Virus record (IMG/VR): IMGVR_UViG_2724679359_000002
Location: 8,398-72,397 of that record
Length of the DNA: 64,000 nt
Source of the DNA: a virus
Taxonomy: Duplodnaviria; Caudoviricetes
Reading direction: 5' to 3' (one strand)
The translations under genes and the position numbers were made by a program. Positions within the stretch are counted from its first letter, which is position 1. Each line of letters opens with the position of its first letter. Shown one piece after another: positions 28,833 through 38,432 of this stretch. The notes beneath the pieces are model-generated. The model had not been told where the DNA came from, did no database searches, and saw nothing but the letters and a program-made list of their open reading frames with translations.

Positions 28833-29036
28833 CTAACTATTGGCAATGGCATCTTTCAACATAGCGACCAAGTTAACTTCAACTTTGTCTCCGGCTTTAA
28901 TTTTCGGACGAATAATAATCCGGCCATCGCGCACCATTCCCCGGCAGGTAGCGAAAGGGATACCAGTCATTACGGCATATTCTTTCAGAGAGACATAGCC
29001 CGTGGGTACGGTGATATTAATGGTGACATTACCCAT
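28833..29036 (-). CDS. cox: Cox/Apl-like repressor-excisionase
   Basis: YVSL.EYA..TGIP..TCRGMV.DGR..IR.K; homologous to 58786-58983. Confidence 0.8.
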   Translation of the reverse strand: MGNVTINITVPTGYVSLKEYAVMTGIPFATCRGMVRDGRIIIRPKIKAGDKVEVNLVAMLKDAIANS

Positions 29037-29048
29037 AATTTCCCCTTA

Positions 29049-29240
29049 TCAATCAGCCTGAATAGCAGCGATCCCGCGCAAGTAAACCAGGCGGGCCATA
29101 CTGGAAATTGAACGACTTTCTTTTGCTGCAAGTGCTTCTAATTCAGAGCGTTCACCATCAGATAAACGCATGGGGGTAGGATTTTTTGAGGCGATTCCTT
29201 TCGGTAATCGCGAGCGTTGATCATGTTCGACTTGTTTCAT
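29049..29240 (-). CDS. Small ribbon-helix-helix regulator, first gene of early operon
   Basis: PMRLS..ER..LE.LAA.E.RS.SSM.R. Confidence 0.7.
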   Translation of the reverse strand: MKQVEHDQRSRLPKGIASKNPTPMRLSDGERSELEALAAKESRSISSMARLVYLRGIAAIQAD

Positions 29241-29300
29241 AATGATATATTGTGATCCACTAAGTTCCTGTACAACACAATTTAAGGAAGTATTGTTCCT

Positions 29301-29669
29301 ATGTCAAATAAAAAAGAGGAATTATTATTCCTAATTGGCGCGCGACTGCGTGAAGAAAGGGAAAAAACGGGTGAAAGCCAAGAGGCTATGGCGACAAATT
29401 TTGGTGTTTCAACCAGAACATGGGGTAAATACGAGAGAGGGGAAACTGTACCTGATGCAGCCACACTCGCATTGTTGAATGCTCAGTATGGTTTAGACGT
29501 CATGTATATACTGACTGGGAAACGAACCCCTCCAGATACTATCTCTACAGAAGAGCTGAAATTAGTAGAGAATTACCGAGCAATGGATGACTCGGCAAGG
29601 CTAAATATACAGGCGGTTGGCGATGCGTTCGCGCAATCGAAGCCGAATAAATTAGCTAACAATAAATAG
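29301..29669 (+). CDS. XRE-HTH immunity repressor
   Basis: IG.RLREER...SQ..MA...GVS..T...YERG...PD; divergent from early operon. Confidence 0.85.
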   Translation: MSNKKEELLFLIGARLREEREKTGESQEAMATNFGVSTRTWGKYERGETVPDAATLALLNAQYGLDVMYILTGKRTPPDTISTEELKLVENYRAMDDSARLNIQAVGDAFAQSKPNKLANNK

Positions 29670-29709
29670 TGAATAAGCATTATTTTTACGAATATGGAGA
29701 TTTTTTATA

Positions 29710-30249
29710 ATGAATCTAATCAATAAGTTAATTTTTGCATCCACTGTGATTTTTTCCAGTATCGTCTATGCCGATGGTCCGACAAAATTCCCATCTGTTC
29801 CAGATATGGTTCAACAGTTTAATGATTTTTCTACTGACAATGGCACTTTTAAAGTAATTTCAAAAAAACCTCTTCATATCCAATTATCTCCAGAAGTATT
29901 TCCGAATGATCTAAAAATAGTGATTTCTGAACAAACAGAAAGAGCAGCGATCTATGGCATATATCGTAGCTTCATTCACACGGGTGTAGATAAAATCACC
30001 GTAACTGCCATGCCTAAAATTTATAGTAAAAATGATTATTTGATTGCAGATAAAGTGACTATTACAAAAACTCGGGCACAAGCATTAAAAGATATTCAGA
30101 AATTTATACCCGTTACTGATTTTTCTGAACTCACTATATCTGATGAGTATGGACATGATGAGACGTCTAAAGAATACAAGCAGATTTATTATAATGATCA
30201 GGGCGGAGCTGGCCTTAATGAATTTTTTAAATATATATCTAAAAAATAA
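29710..30249 (+). CDS. Exported protein in the lysogenic operon
   Basis: Signal-peptide-like N-terminus ending VYA; between repressor and int. Confidence 0.7.
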   Translation: MNLINKLIFASTVIFSSIVYADGPTKFPSVPDMVQQFNDFSTDNGTFKVISKKPLHIQLSPEVFPNDLKIVISEQTERAAIYGIYRSFIHTGVDKITVTAMPKIYSKNDYLIADKVTITKTRAQALKDIQKFIPVTDFSELTISDEYGHDETSKEYKQIYYNDQGGAGLNEFFKYISKK

Positions 30250-30264
30250 ATAGGGGCATTAATT

Positions 30265-31272
30265 TTGGCTGTTCGTAAATTAACCACTGGCAAATGGATT
30301 TGTGAGTGTTATCCCAATGGACGGCGTGGTGAACGGCTTCGCAAGCAGTTTGCCACTAAGGGTGAGGCTCTCTCATTTGAGCGCCGCATGATGCAGAAAG
30401 ATCAGGTTGTTGAGGCTTCGGTTGGTAATACATTGAAACTCAGCAATTTGGTTAGTCGTTGGTACGAGATGCACGGGCAAACTCTAACATCGGGCGAAAC
30501 CCGAAAGGTAAAGTTAGAGGCTATCTGTGAACGGTTGGGTGACCCACTTGTCACGGATTTTGATAAGAATGCTTTTGCTGTTTATCGGGAACAGCGGCTT
30601 AACGGTAAATGGCAAGCTAAGGGCAGGGCGGCTCCGAAACAAGCAACGGTTAACCGTGAATATTCTTATCTTCGGGCGGTATTTTCCGAGTTAAAACGGC
30701 TAGGGGAGTGGGAGGGTGATAATCCTCTGGATGGCTTACGCCAATTTAAAGAGGGTGATCAGGAGCTGGCATTTCTCTATCCTGACGATATAAAGCGGCT
30801 ATTGGCTGCTTGTGACGAGTCGGAAAATAAAGACCTGGGTAATGTGGTTCGCTTATGCCTGGCTACCGGTGCAAGATGGAGTGAGGCACAAGGGCTTTCT
30901 CAGTCTCAACTTATGCCGAATCGTGTCACATTTACTCAGACTAAAAGTAAGCGTAATCGTACAGTTCCCATATCCAAACGTTTATATGACCGCTTGCCTA
31001 AACGGCGCGGGCCAATGTTTTCATCCTGTTATGATGCTTTCAAAAATGCACTAAAAAGGGCGGGGATAGAACTGCCTAAAGGACAGCGTACTCACGTACT
31101 GCGGCACACATTTGCCAGCCACTTTATGATGGGGGGCGGCAACATTCTGGTACTGCAACAAATCCTTGGTCACAGCACTATCGTGATGACTATGCGTTAC
31201 TCACATTTCGCCCCGGATCATCTGGATGCAGCACTAACATTAAATCCCTATGACAAGCTCGAAAATGACTAA
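30265..31272 (+). CDS. int: Tyrosine integrase (prophage 1)
   Basis: TGARWSE, K, HVLRHTFASH, GH, MTMRYSH. Confidence 0.95.
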   Translation: MAVRKLTTGKWICECYPNGRRGERLRKQFATKGEALSFERRMMQKDQVVEASVGNTLKLSNLVSRWYEMHGQTLTSGETRKVKLEAICERLGDPLVTDFDKNAFAVYREQRLNGKWQAKGRAAPKQATVNREYSYLRAVFSELKRLGEWEGDNPLDGLRQFKEGDQELAFLYPDDIKRLLAACDESENKDLGNVVRLCLATGARWSEAQGLSQSQLMPNRVTFTQTKSKRNRTVPISKRLYDRLPKRRGPMFSSCYDAFKNALKRAGIELPKGQRTHVLRHTFASHFMMGGGNILVLQQILGHSTIVMTMRYSHFAPDHLDAALTLNPYDKLEND

Positions 31273-31379
31273 TTTTTAATGGCGGCGCAAACTAACCCTG
31301 CGCAAATATAGCCAAACATACTCACAATTAACCAATTGATATAACTTAACTTTATGTTTTCATTGGTTATGTTTTATTT

Positions 31380-31433
31380 TTTAAAATCCCTCGGCTTATG
31401 GCTGTGCGGGTTCAAGTCCCGCCCCGGGCACCA
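31380..31433 (+). repeat. leuZ: att core: 3' half of tRNA-Leu(TAA), junction between the prophages
   Basis: TTTAAAATCCCTCGGCTTATGGCTGTGCGGGTTCAAGTCCCGCCCCGGGCACCA covers anticodon loop to CCA; 5' half absent; follows int. Confidence 0.88.
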
Positions 31434-31477
31434 TGGAAAATAGTATAAGTAAAACAAAGTAGTATGAGTATGTCGTT

Positions 31478-31500
31478 AACCGCCGTGAGGCGGTTTTTTT
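31478..31500 (+). terminator. Intrinsic terminator after att core
   Basis: AACCGCC-GTGA-GGCGGTT followed by T run. Confidence 0.8.
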
Positions 31501-31518
31501 GTGCCTGAGATTTGGTAA

Positions 31519-31562
31519 GTGGCAGCAGAGTGACTACAAAATGACTACATTGTGTCTACGGC
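31519..31562. repeat. Four 11-bp tandem repeats, likely integrase arm-type sites
   Basis: GTGGCAGCAGA / GTGACTACAAA / ATGACTACATT / GTGTCTACGGC. Confidence 0.55.
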
Positions 31563-31654
31563 ACTTTTCTCACCTTAAAAGCTGCACCCCGCAGCAAGCA
31601 CGATAAACCGCCAGTTATCCCCAATAAGATACGAATTACACAGAATTTTGATAT

Positions 31655-31678
31655 AAAAAAACCTGCAATTCGCAGGCT
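31655..31678 (-). terminator. Terminator after ogr
   Basis: CCTGC-AATTC-GCAGG hairpin with A7 on the + strand. Confidence 0.6.
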
Positions 31679-31685
31679 TCTTCAA

Positions 31686-31901
31686 TTACATCCACAACAC
31701 GCCTTGATTCCCTTTAGGGTGGGGCGGTACAGCATTAATTATTCCCGGTTCCATTATCGTTTCAACGATAGTTTCATGGGTCTTAAAGGTTTTACCGCAA
31801 TTAATATTGGTGCACTGGTGATAGCGTTCTTTCGTTTCGTCACTAAGGTAACGGCTGGATCTCGCGTGTGCTGCAAATTTACAACGTGGGCAATGCATCA
31901 T
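31686..31901 (-). CDS. ogr: Ogr/Delta zinc-finger late activator
   Basis: CP.C..AAH.RSSRYL...KERY.QC.N..C. Confidence 0.93.
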   Translation of the reverse strand: MMHCPRCKFAAHARSSRYLSDETKERYHQCTNINCGKTFKTHETIVETIMEPGIINAVPPHPKGNQGVLWM

Positions 31902-31992
31902 ATTTACCTCCGAAACTGCATATTCAGTAATTATGCTGATCTTATCACCAGTATTCGCATTTGTGAAATAAATATCAATTAGTTGAATGTGG

Positions 31993-33159
31993 TTACTCTA
32001 AGGCCTCATAAGTGACATCCGACAACAACACTTCGAGAGATAACTGGGTGGTGTAGCCGCTGTTACTCAGGCTGTGCGTTACCTTGCTGATTATCCAGCT
32101 CTGTTGGTCTATCACCGATTTAAAACCATTGACCGCAACAGGGGTTTCAGGAAATAAATCAGCGCGGCCCATGGCTAAGGTGATAGAAAACTCCGCAACA
32201 CCGCGCTGTAACTTCTCCCATTTAGATTGAGCGGCGCGCATAGCGGCTTTTTGCGTGGCGTAAACTGTCGTGATAGCAAAAACGTTATCTTCTGACCCCA
32301 CCAGATAATCCCCTTGTTTTTCCTCCACCGGCTTTTTCACTGCGGCCGCTTTGGTGCGGGTCGGTTTGGCTTTGGGGTGTTCCAGTGCGCGGAGCTGCTT
32401 AAACTTTGGCTTACGCTGCAACTTAACCTTTTTCGGCTTGGCCGGTTTGGGGTCTTTGGTGTGTAACCAACTGGCACTGACACCGGTATACGCGCCCCGG
32501 TCAGCAATACTAAAGCTGTGCTGGTCGCCATCTTGCCGGGTGATCGTCATCTGCGGAATGGGTTTCCCGCTGGCCGTGACACCACTGCCCGGCTTGATAA
32601 ATAACAATCGCCCAGCTTTGACGGCGGCTACCGCGCCATTCAGTGAAGCTAACCGGGTGATAAATTTGGCGTCAGTCTCTTGGGTCTGGTCGATATGAGA
32701 AATAGCGATATCCGCCAGACCGTCAGCCAGCATCGCTTTCAGGTTGTTGCGCTCGGCCACTTGCGCCACCACTTTACCCAGTGTTGTCTCATGATAAGAG
32801 ACTTCTCGCCGGGCATTGAGTGAGCCGCGAAAATCCGCACTGCGGGCGCGAATGGTCAGCGTGTCCGGCGCGCCATGGTGTTCGACCTCATCCACGGTAA
32901 AATCACCTTTACCAATCAGGCTCGCCCCTTTCCAGCCCAAGAACACCGACAGCACCGCGCCCCGCTCTGGCATGGCGAGCTGGCCGTCAGCGTCATCAAG
33001 TTCGATATCAAGCTGGTCAGCCTCAAAGCCGCGGTTATCGGTCAGACTCATAGATAACAGCCGGTCACGAATATTCTGCGTAATATCTTTCTGGTTTATG
33101 GTCAGCATAAAGTCCGGGGCCATATCCGCACCCGCCGGTAGTGCCATGCCGGTCATCAT
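31993..33159 (-). CDS. D: Tail protein D
   Basis: LTDNRGFEADQLDIELDD, ARSADFR, GVAEFSI.LA.GR. Confidence 0.93.
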   Translation of the reverse strand: MMTGMALPAGADMAPDFMLTINQKDITQNIRDRLLSMSLTDNRGFEADQLDIELDDADGQLAMPERGAVLSVFLGWKGASLIGKGDFTVDEVEHHGAPDTLTIRARSADFRGSLNARREVSYHETTLGKVVAQVAERNNLKAMLADGLADIAISHIDQTQETDAKFITRLASLNGAVAAVKAGRLLFIKPGSGVTASGKPIPQMTITRQDGDQHSFSIADRGAYTGVSASWLHTKDPKPAKPKKVKLQRKPKFKQLRALEHPKAKPTRTKAAAVKKPVEEKQGDYLVGSEDNVFAITTVYATQKAAMRAAQSKWEKLQRGVAEFSITLAMGRADLFPETPVAVNGFKSVIDQQSWIISKVTHSLSNSGYTTQLSLEVLLSDVTYEALE

Positions 33160-33641
33160 GAGAATAATCCCCCGATAGCGGCCTGCGCTTTGCCGGTAAT
33201 TTCTGTTGCCTTACCCAGTAACTCGTCAGCCTGTTGTTGCAGGTCGCCGAACATGGCCGTTAACGACTCATCCACCCGCAACAGATTGAGGGTGAATTCA
33301 ATGCGCCGTGCGCTACCGTCTTCAAAAAACACACTGCGGGTCAGGCTCAGGCTTTCAACCACAAACATCCCGTAAATCATGCCACTGCCCTCAATCAGCG
33401 GCCACGCTTTGCCTTGGTCAGCCATGACTTCCAGCGCCAGCAGCGAGATACGGCCACCCGTCAACTCTGGCAACAACACGCCAGATAAGGTGATTTTCTC
33501 ACTGTCGACACCAAGAAATTGCGCAGCCGGGCGCAGGCCCACCCGGCTGTTAGTGGGCCAGCGGTAATCAATATTGCGCCCCATGCTTTGGTAAGGGGTG
33601 GTCTGTAACATAAAGACAAATAAACCCAGTGATAACATCAT
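33156..33641 (-). CDS. U: Tail protein U
   Basis: MM.LG.FVF...T.PYQ, QFLG, ITLSG.L.PE.TGG. Confidence 0.92.
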   Translation of the reverse strand: MMLSLGLFVFMLQTTPYQSMGRNIDYRWPTNSRVGLRPAAQFLGVDSEKITLSGVLLPELTGGRISLLALEVMADQGKAWPLIEGSGMIYGMFVVESLSLTRSVFFEDGSARRIEFTLNLLRVDESLTAMFGDLQQQADELLGKATEITGKAQAAIGGLFS

Positions 33642-33643
33642 GA

Positions 33644-36073
33644 TTAATTCTCCATTTGGCCGCGCTGACGGACGCGCTTATCCCGTTCGTTCTTTGCCAG
33701 CGCATCGGTCATCATTCGCTCGGCATCTTGTCGGCTCATGCCTGGCGGGATAGTTATCTTGATATCGTTAGTGGTCACACTGCTATCAACGATAGTGGTG
33801 CCAGCATTCGCAGTCACCGGCTGATAACCGCCATATAACACGCCGCCACTGGGTGAGTATCCGCCCGCGTAAGGGTTATCTTTCGGGACTTTATCGGCCA
33901 GCCCGTCAGACTTGGTGTCGATAATGCCGAGTTTTTCCAGCACCCAGTCAATGCCACTGCGCAGAGCATTCAGCGCGTTCATCGGCAGACTGAGCGCCGC
34001 CGCCAGACCCTCACCAAATAACTTGCCCGCATTGGTGGCTACGTCCAAGGTTTCTTGCGTGGCTTTCACCGGTTTAATCAGGTCAGCGAACCAGTTCGAA
34101 AGCTGTTTCACCTTGTCACTAAACCAGTTAAACACCGGTTTAAGCGGCTCAAAAGCGGCACTGATTGGCCCCATGGCCGCAGTAAAGCCCTCGGCCACAC
34201 CCGCAATAAAGGCGCTGATAGGTTCCCAGTATTTACGGATAAGCAGACCACCGGCCACAATGGCCGCGACCACTGCCACTATTGGCCATGTCAGCGCCGT
34301 GAGTGCGGCAGCAATGGTTCCGGCCATCAATGAAAAGCCGGTACTCAACAGACTGGCCCCGGCCAATAGCAGGTTAAACCCGGCCATGACCGGCCATGCC
34401 ATCAGCCCCAGCGCACCCAACCCGGCGACCAGTGCCAGCGCTCCGCCGGTCACTTTGGTAATAGTGGCGACCAGCTCCGGGTTTTTCTTGGCCCACACCG
34501 CGACATTGACCAGCCAGTCTGTCGCGGTCACGGTCAGTTGGCGCAGTGCAGAGTCCTGTTTCTCAAACACTTCAATCTCTAAGTCTTCCCATGCCGAACT
34601 CAGGTTTTTCAGGTCGCCGTCGAGGTTGTCCATTCTGACCGTGGCGATAGATTGCGCGGTGCCATCAGCATTTTTTAGCTTACTTTGCTTCTCCGCCAGC
34701 TTGCCGTTACCGGCTGCGGCCACCAGTTTCACCGCGCCTTTCATCGCTTCATCACCAAAGATCACTTTCAGGTATTCGGCTTGCTGTGCGGTGCCTAACT
34801 TGTTCTTTTTAAACGAGCGGTCAATATCTTTGAGGATTTTCTCCACCGGCAACATATTGCCTTTGCCGTCGCGGGTGGTTATCCCCAGTTCGCGCAAGGC
34901 TTCCGGTGCTTTGCCGATAGGAGCCTGTAAGCGGCTAAATACCGCACTGGTACTGGTACCGGCCATACTGCCTTTTATGCCGTTATCGGCCAGAACACCG
35001 AGTAGCGCGGTAGTGTCTTCGATGCTGGCCCCGGCGGCCTCGGCAATCGGGGCGACATATTTCATCGCCTCGCCCAGCTCTAACAGGTTGGTGTTTGAAC
35101 TGGTGAAGCCTTTCGCCATCACGTCCGACACGCGTTGAATCTGGTCTAATGGCAGGTTAAACGCCGATTGCATGTTAGTGACAATATCGGCCGCCTCGGC
35201 AATATCCACACCGGATGCCAGCGACAGGTTAACCGTCGGTTCAGTGGCGGCCAGAATGGCGTCAGCGTCATAGCCTGAGCGGGCCAGCGTGTCTTGGGTT
35301 CGTGCCACATCGGTTGGAGAAAAGGCGGTTGAGCCGCCAATGTCACGCGCCTGCTGACGAATGGCGGCCAGCTTGGTGTCGTTTTTATCCAGCCCCAAAA
35401 TCGCCTGAGTGCCGGACATCTGGCTGTCGAACTCGATACCCGGCGCAATCAGTTTCGCCGCGCCGTACAGCCCGGCGGTGGCTATGCCCAGACTGGCCGC
35501 GCTGGTATTACGCACCGCACTGGTGGCGGCTTTGCCTTTCTGGTAACGGTTGCTAATACGGTTGAGCTGTTCCTGTTTCATACTCAGGCGTTGCAGCTCT
35601 TGCCGTTGGCGACTCAGGGCGACAGTCGCCTCGGCGGCACTGCTGCGTAACCGGCGCTGTTCACTGCTCAGGTTTTTGGTCGCTATGCCGTCAGCGTTGA
35701 GCGCATCGCGCTGGCGCTGTACCGATGTACGCAACCCGTTGTACTTGGTTTGCAGTTCAGCCGCTGCGCGCTTGGCTCCCTCCATCAGCCGGGCTTGTTG
35801 GGCGGTGGGTTTCTCAGTGTTTTTAAACGCAATCGCCAGCGCCGCCGCGTCTTCTTTGGCTTTTTTTAATGCCTGCCCGGTGACCGCCAGTTGGGCGCTG
35901 GCCTTGCGGAAACCGTCAATTTTCGCCGCCTGCGCATCAAGGGATTTGATGCTGCTTTGCGTATTGCGAATGTCGCCAGTGAGAGATTTACTGGCGGTTT
36001 GAATGGCTTTAAACGGGCGGGTAGCTTGGTCTACGGCTTTGAGCAATACCTGTAACTGTAAGCTCTTACTCAT
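33644..36073 (-). CDS. T: Tape measure protein T
   Basis: LQVLLKAVDQATRP, TP901-type core, Ala-rich. Confidence 0.93.
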   Translation of the reverse strand: MSKSLQLQVLLKAVDQATRPFKAIQTASKSLTGDIRNTQSSIKSLDAQAAKIDGFRKASAQLAVTGQALKKAKEDAAALAIAFKNTEKPTAQQARLMEGAKRAAAELQTKYNGLRTSVQRQRDALNADGIATKNLSSEQRRLRSSAAEATVALSRQRQELQRLSMKQEQLNRISNRYQKGKAATSAVRNTSAASLGIATAGLYGAAKLIAPGIEFDSQMSGTQAILGLDKNDTKLAAIRQQARDIGGSTAFSPTDVARTQDTLARSGYDADAILAATEPTVNLSLASGVDIAEAADIVTNMQSAFNLPLDQIQRVSDVMAKGFTSSNTNLLELGEAMKYVAPIAEAAGASIEDTTALLGVLADNGIKGSMAGTSTSAVFSRLQAPIGKAPEALRELGITTRDGKGNMLPVEKILKDIDRSFKKNKLGTAQQAEYLKVIFGDEAMKGAVKLVAAAGNGKLAEKQSKLKNADGTAQSIATVRMDNLDGDLKNLSSAWEDLEIEVFEKQDSALRQLTVTATDWLVNVAVWAKKNPELVATITKVTGGALALVAGLGALGLMAWPVMAGFNLLLAGASLLSTGFSLMAGTIAAALTALTWPIVAVVAAIVAGGLLIRKYWEPISAFIAGVAEGFTAAMGPISAAFEPLKPVFNWFSDKVKQLSNWFADLIKPVKATQETLDVATNAGKLFGEGLAAALSLPMNALNALRSGIDWVLEKLGIIDTKSDGLADKVPKDNPYAGGYSPSGGVLYGGYQPVTANAGTTIVDSSVTTNDIKITIPPGMSRQDAERMMTDALAKNERDKRVRQRGQMEN

Positions 36074-36248
36074 GGTTTACGGCTCCACTTCGTAGCAGGG
36101 CTTTATGACGCCAGCGCACCAGCTCGGTGAGGCTCAACCCCCAAAGCTCCGACGGCGGCCAGTGAAAAATGGCGGCAATATCCGCCATCAGGTCATCCAC
36201 TTCCAGTTTCGGGTCGAGCGTTACACCCCCCGTTTCGGTGATAAAAAA
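36066..36248 (-). CDS. E': E' extension of tail chaperone, reached by -1 frameshift
   Basis: T6 run at 36243-36248 near end of E; the shifted frame reads DDLMADIAAIFHWPPSE...WR.KA..RSG. Confidence 0.8.
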   Translation of the reverse strand, partial: FFITETGGVTLDPKLEVDDLMADIAAIFHWPPSELWGLSLTELVRWRHKALLRSGAVNHE

Positions 36249-36532
36249 CCAACCACCTTACCGGCCAGCGCCACTAAATCGGGTAACTCCAGACGGTTGC
36301 ATTCTGCGGCGGTCAGTGTCGGTGAGGTGATACGGGGCAACACAATAATCAGCGCATCGACATCAGCATTGGCTACATCAAGCAGCCTCACCCCGCGCAA
36401 CGACCCAGCATTGGGGCGGTAAACTTCAATTTCAGTAATCAGGCTATCGCCGCGTTTTAATGGGGTATCCAGTACCACCACATTCTCGTTAATCTCGGCG
36501 ACAGGTTCAGTTTTAGCAGTCACTTTTTTCAT
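36221..36532 (-). CDS. E: Tail assembly chaperone E
   Basis: LDTP.KRG, P.AG.LRG, LPRIT.P.L, VVGFL. Confidence 0.88.
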   Translation of the reverse strand: MKKVTAKTEPVAEINENVVVLDTPLKRGDSLITEIEVYRPNAGSLRGVRLLDVANADVDALIIVLPRITSPTLTAAECNRLELPDLVALAGKVVGFLSPKRGV

Positions 36533-36587
36533 GGTTTTTTCCAGTTCAGTCAGGGAGGGCCAGCGGATTAACACTGGCCGTCAGGGG

Positions 36588-37103
36588 TTAGCGGCCAATG
36601 GCCTTGCGTTGGGCTTCCAGCAGGTCTACGCCGTTAACCATTTCAATCAGGTTAACCACGTCAATCTCCATCACTACCTTGCCGTCAATGGTCAGCTTGT
36701 AATAAGTACACTGGGTGGATACCTTGGTTTCGGTGTCTTCCCCTTGTTTGGATTCGCCACCATCAATCTCTTTATGACGGCCACGGATTTCGACCTCTAC
36801 CGCAGTGACCTCGCCAGTGTCATCACGCTGATAAGCCCCGGCAAAACGCAGCGGAACCGCGTCAACTTTGGGCGTCCCCCATTGCTGCAATACCAGCTCG
36901 TCAATGCCGCCCATCGACCACTCCATGGAAAGCGCATCGTCATCCAGACCCAAATCAATCGGCGCAACACCATTCATCCCACCGCCTCGGTAGTTCTCCA
37001 GCTTGCGGGTGAGTTTCGGCAGGGTGATTGAGGACACGATCCCCATGTAATCCCGGCCATCGTTAAACAGGTTCATCAATTTCAGCTTACGTGGCAGTGC
37101 CAT
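36588..37103 (-). CDS. FII: Tail tube protein FII
   Basis: MALPRKLK, YRGGGM.G, YQRDDTG. Confidence 0.95.
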   Translation of the reverse strand: MALPRKLKLMNLFNDGRDYMGIVSSITLPKLTRKLENYRGGGMNGVAPIDLGLDDDALSMEWSMGGIDELVLQQWGTPKVDAVPLRFAGAYQRDDTGEVTAVEVEIRGRHKEIDGGESKQGEDTETKVSTQCTYYKLTIDGKVVMEIDVVNLIEMVNGVDLLEAQRKAIGR

Positions 37104-37116
37104 AAGTCAGGTTTCC

Positions 37117-38286
37117 TTAGCTGTTGACGGCAGCGGCAAAGTTCACCAGATATTTATCGGTGATACGCTGGCGCAGGGTTAAATCTTCCAGTGGTGGCAC
37201 TGGGGTGTAGTCGTAATCGATAAACAGCTTGCCCGCTTTCAGGGTGTCTTTATCGTTGGCGCTGTCGTCATACCAGCAACTGCCGTCAATAATCAGCCCG
37301 GCAGATTTCATTTCGCGGAATTTGGCATTGATGCTGCCAATCATGTCTTTAACCAGCGTCGGGTGCATCGGGCGGTCAATCGCCCACAACTGCGCCTCGG
37401 CCATGGTGTCAGCCAGAATTTGTGCGGTGCGGGTGTAGTTCTCAAAGGCGAATAGCGGGTCATCAGAACAGGTGCGCGAACCCCAAAACTTGAAGCCGTC
37501 TTTACGGATGAGCGTGGTGACGCAGGCTTGGTTTAGCAGGTCGGCGTCTGTGCCAACGGTTTGCAAATCCCAGTAGACGCTGGCAGAGATACCGGTCACG
37601 CCATTCACCCCAACATTAGATAGGGTTTTATGCCAGCCCGTCTCTTGGTCAATCTTGGCGCGCAGACCCAGCGCGCGGGCAGTGGCATAAGCAATATCAG
37701 TGCTGTTGGCGGTGGTGTTCCAGTTCAGGAAGTCCGGCCAAATCAACATCAGCTCGCGCTGGCTGAAATTGTCACGGTACAAAATGGCTTCGGAAAGGGT
37801 CTTGCAACCGTAGGCGCTGATATAGCCAAAGGCGCGCAACTGCTGGCAGATACTCGCCAGTGCGGTAGACACCTGCTGATTATCCAGCCCCGGCACACCC
37901 AAAATACGCGGGCGCACACCGGTGACAGACTGCGCATCTAACAGCGCTTTCATGCCGGTGTAGCGGCCGTTCTCGTCAGCGCCGCCGATAATATTGGAGG
38001 TAGTTTCAGCCTCATCTTTACCGCTAGCCACCCGCACCACAATGGTAACCGGGCGGGCTTGTTCCGCAATCGCCAGCAATGACGCGGCCAGCGTGCCTTT
38101 TTTTCCGGCTTTGCCAGCGGCGGCCAGCACATTGGTAATCAGTACCGGGGTATCGAGAGGAAAGGTTGCCGCGTCGGCATCCTCGGCGGTGCAGACCATG
38201 CCGACAATGGCGGTGGAAATAGTGGAAATGACGCGCGTCCCCTCGTTGATTTCGATGACACGGACGCCGTGATGGTAATCACTCAT
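37117..38286 (-). CDS. FI: Tail sheath protein FI
   Basis: YHHGVRV.E, PRILGVPG, FWG.RT, YTPVPPLE. Confidence 0.95.
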   Translation of the reverse strand: MSDYHHGVRVIEINEGTRVISTISTAIVGMVCTAEDADAATFPLDTPVLITNVLAAAGKAGKKGTLAASLLAIAEQARPVTIVVRVASGKDEAETTSNIIGGADENGRYTGMKALLDAQSVTGVRPRILGVPGLDNQQVSTALASICQQLRAFGYISAYGCKTLSEAILYRDNFSQRELMLIWPDFLNWNTTANSTDIAYATARALGLRAKIDQETGWHKTLSNVGVNGVTGISASVYWDLQTVGTDADLLNQACVTTLIRKDGFKFWGSRTCSDDPLFAFENYTRTAQILADTMAEAQLWAIDRPMHPTLVKDMIGSINAKFREMKSAGLIIDGSCWYDDSANDKDTLKAGKLFIDYDYTPVPPLEDLTLRQRITDKYLVNFAAAVNS

Positions 38287-38358
38287 AGATTAACTCTCTG
38301 TTGGTTGAGGGTGAGAGTATGGTGACGGGTTAGCGCGTGGGGGGCGATTGATAGGGGA

Positions 38359-38376
38359 TGTGTGGTGGATGGCACA
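38359..38376. promoter_or_regulatory. Ogr-family site upstream of FI
   Basis: TGT-GTGGTGGATGGC-ACA = TGT-N12-ACA. Confidence 0.7.
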
Positions 38377-38432
38377 ATATAATTTTGAGGTTTATGGCCG
38401 CCAACTGGCGCGGCCAATGAATCGTTACATTA

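Larger units (their letters stand above)
1..31433. mobile_element. P2-like prophage 1 (left end outside window)
   Basis: P2 gene order H-I-J-W-V-S-R-lysis-X-L-M-N-O/P-Q-A-early-repressor-int, ending at the tRNA-Leu att core. Confidence 0.93.

Noticed and set aside
31380-31433. Functional tRNA-Leu gene
   Set aside because: Only the anticodon loop to CCA is present; the upstream sequence is AT-rich phage DNA with no D-arm or acceptor 5' strand.
33912-35138. 408-aa + strand ORF
   Set aside because: Antisense shadow of the Ala-rich tape measure gene with no motifs. The same applies to most short opposite-strand ORFs in the structural regions (e.g. 4915-5514, 46693-47199).
36066-36532. Frameshifted pseudogene of E
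   Set aside because: Matches the known programmed -1 frameshift that produces E+E' in P2-like phages.
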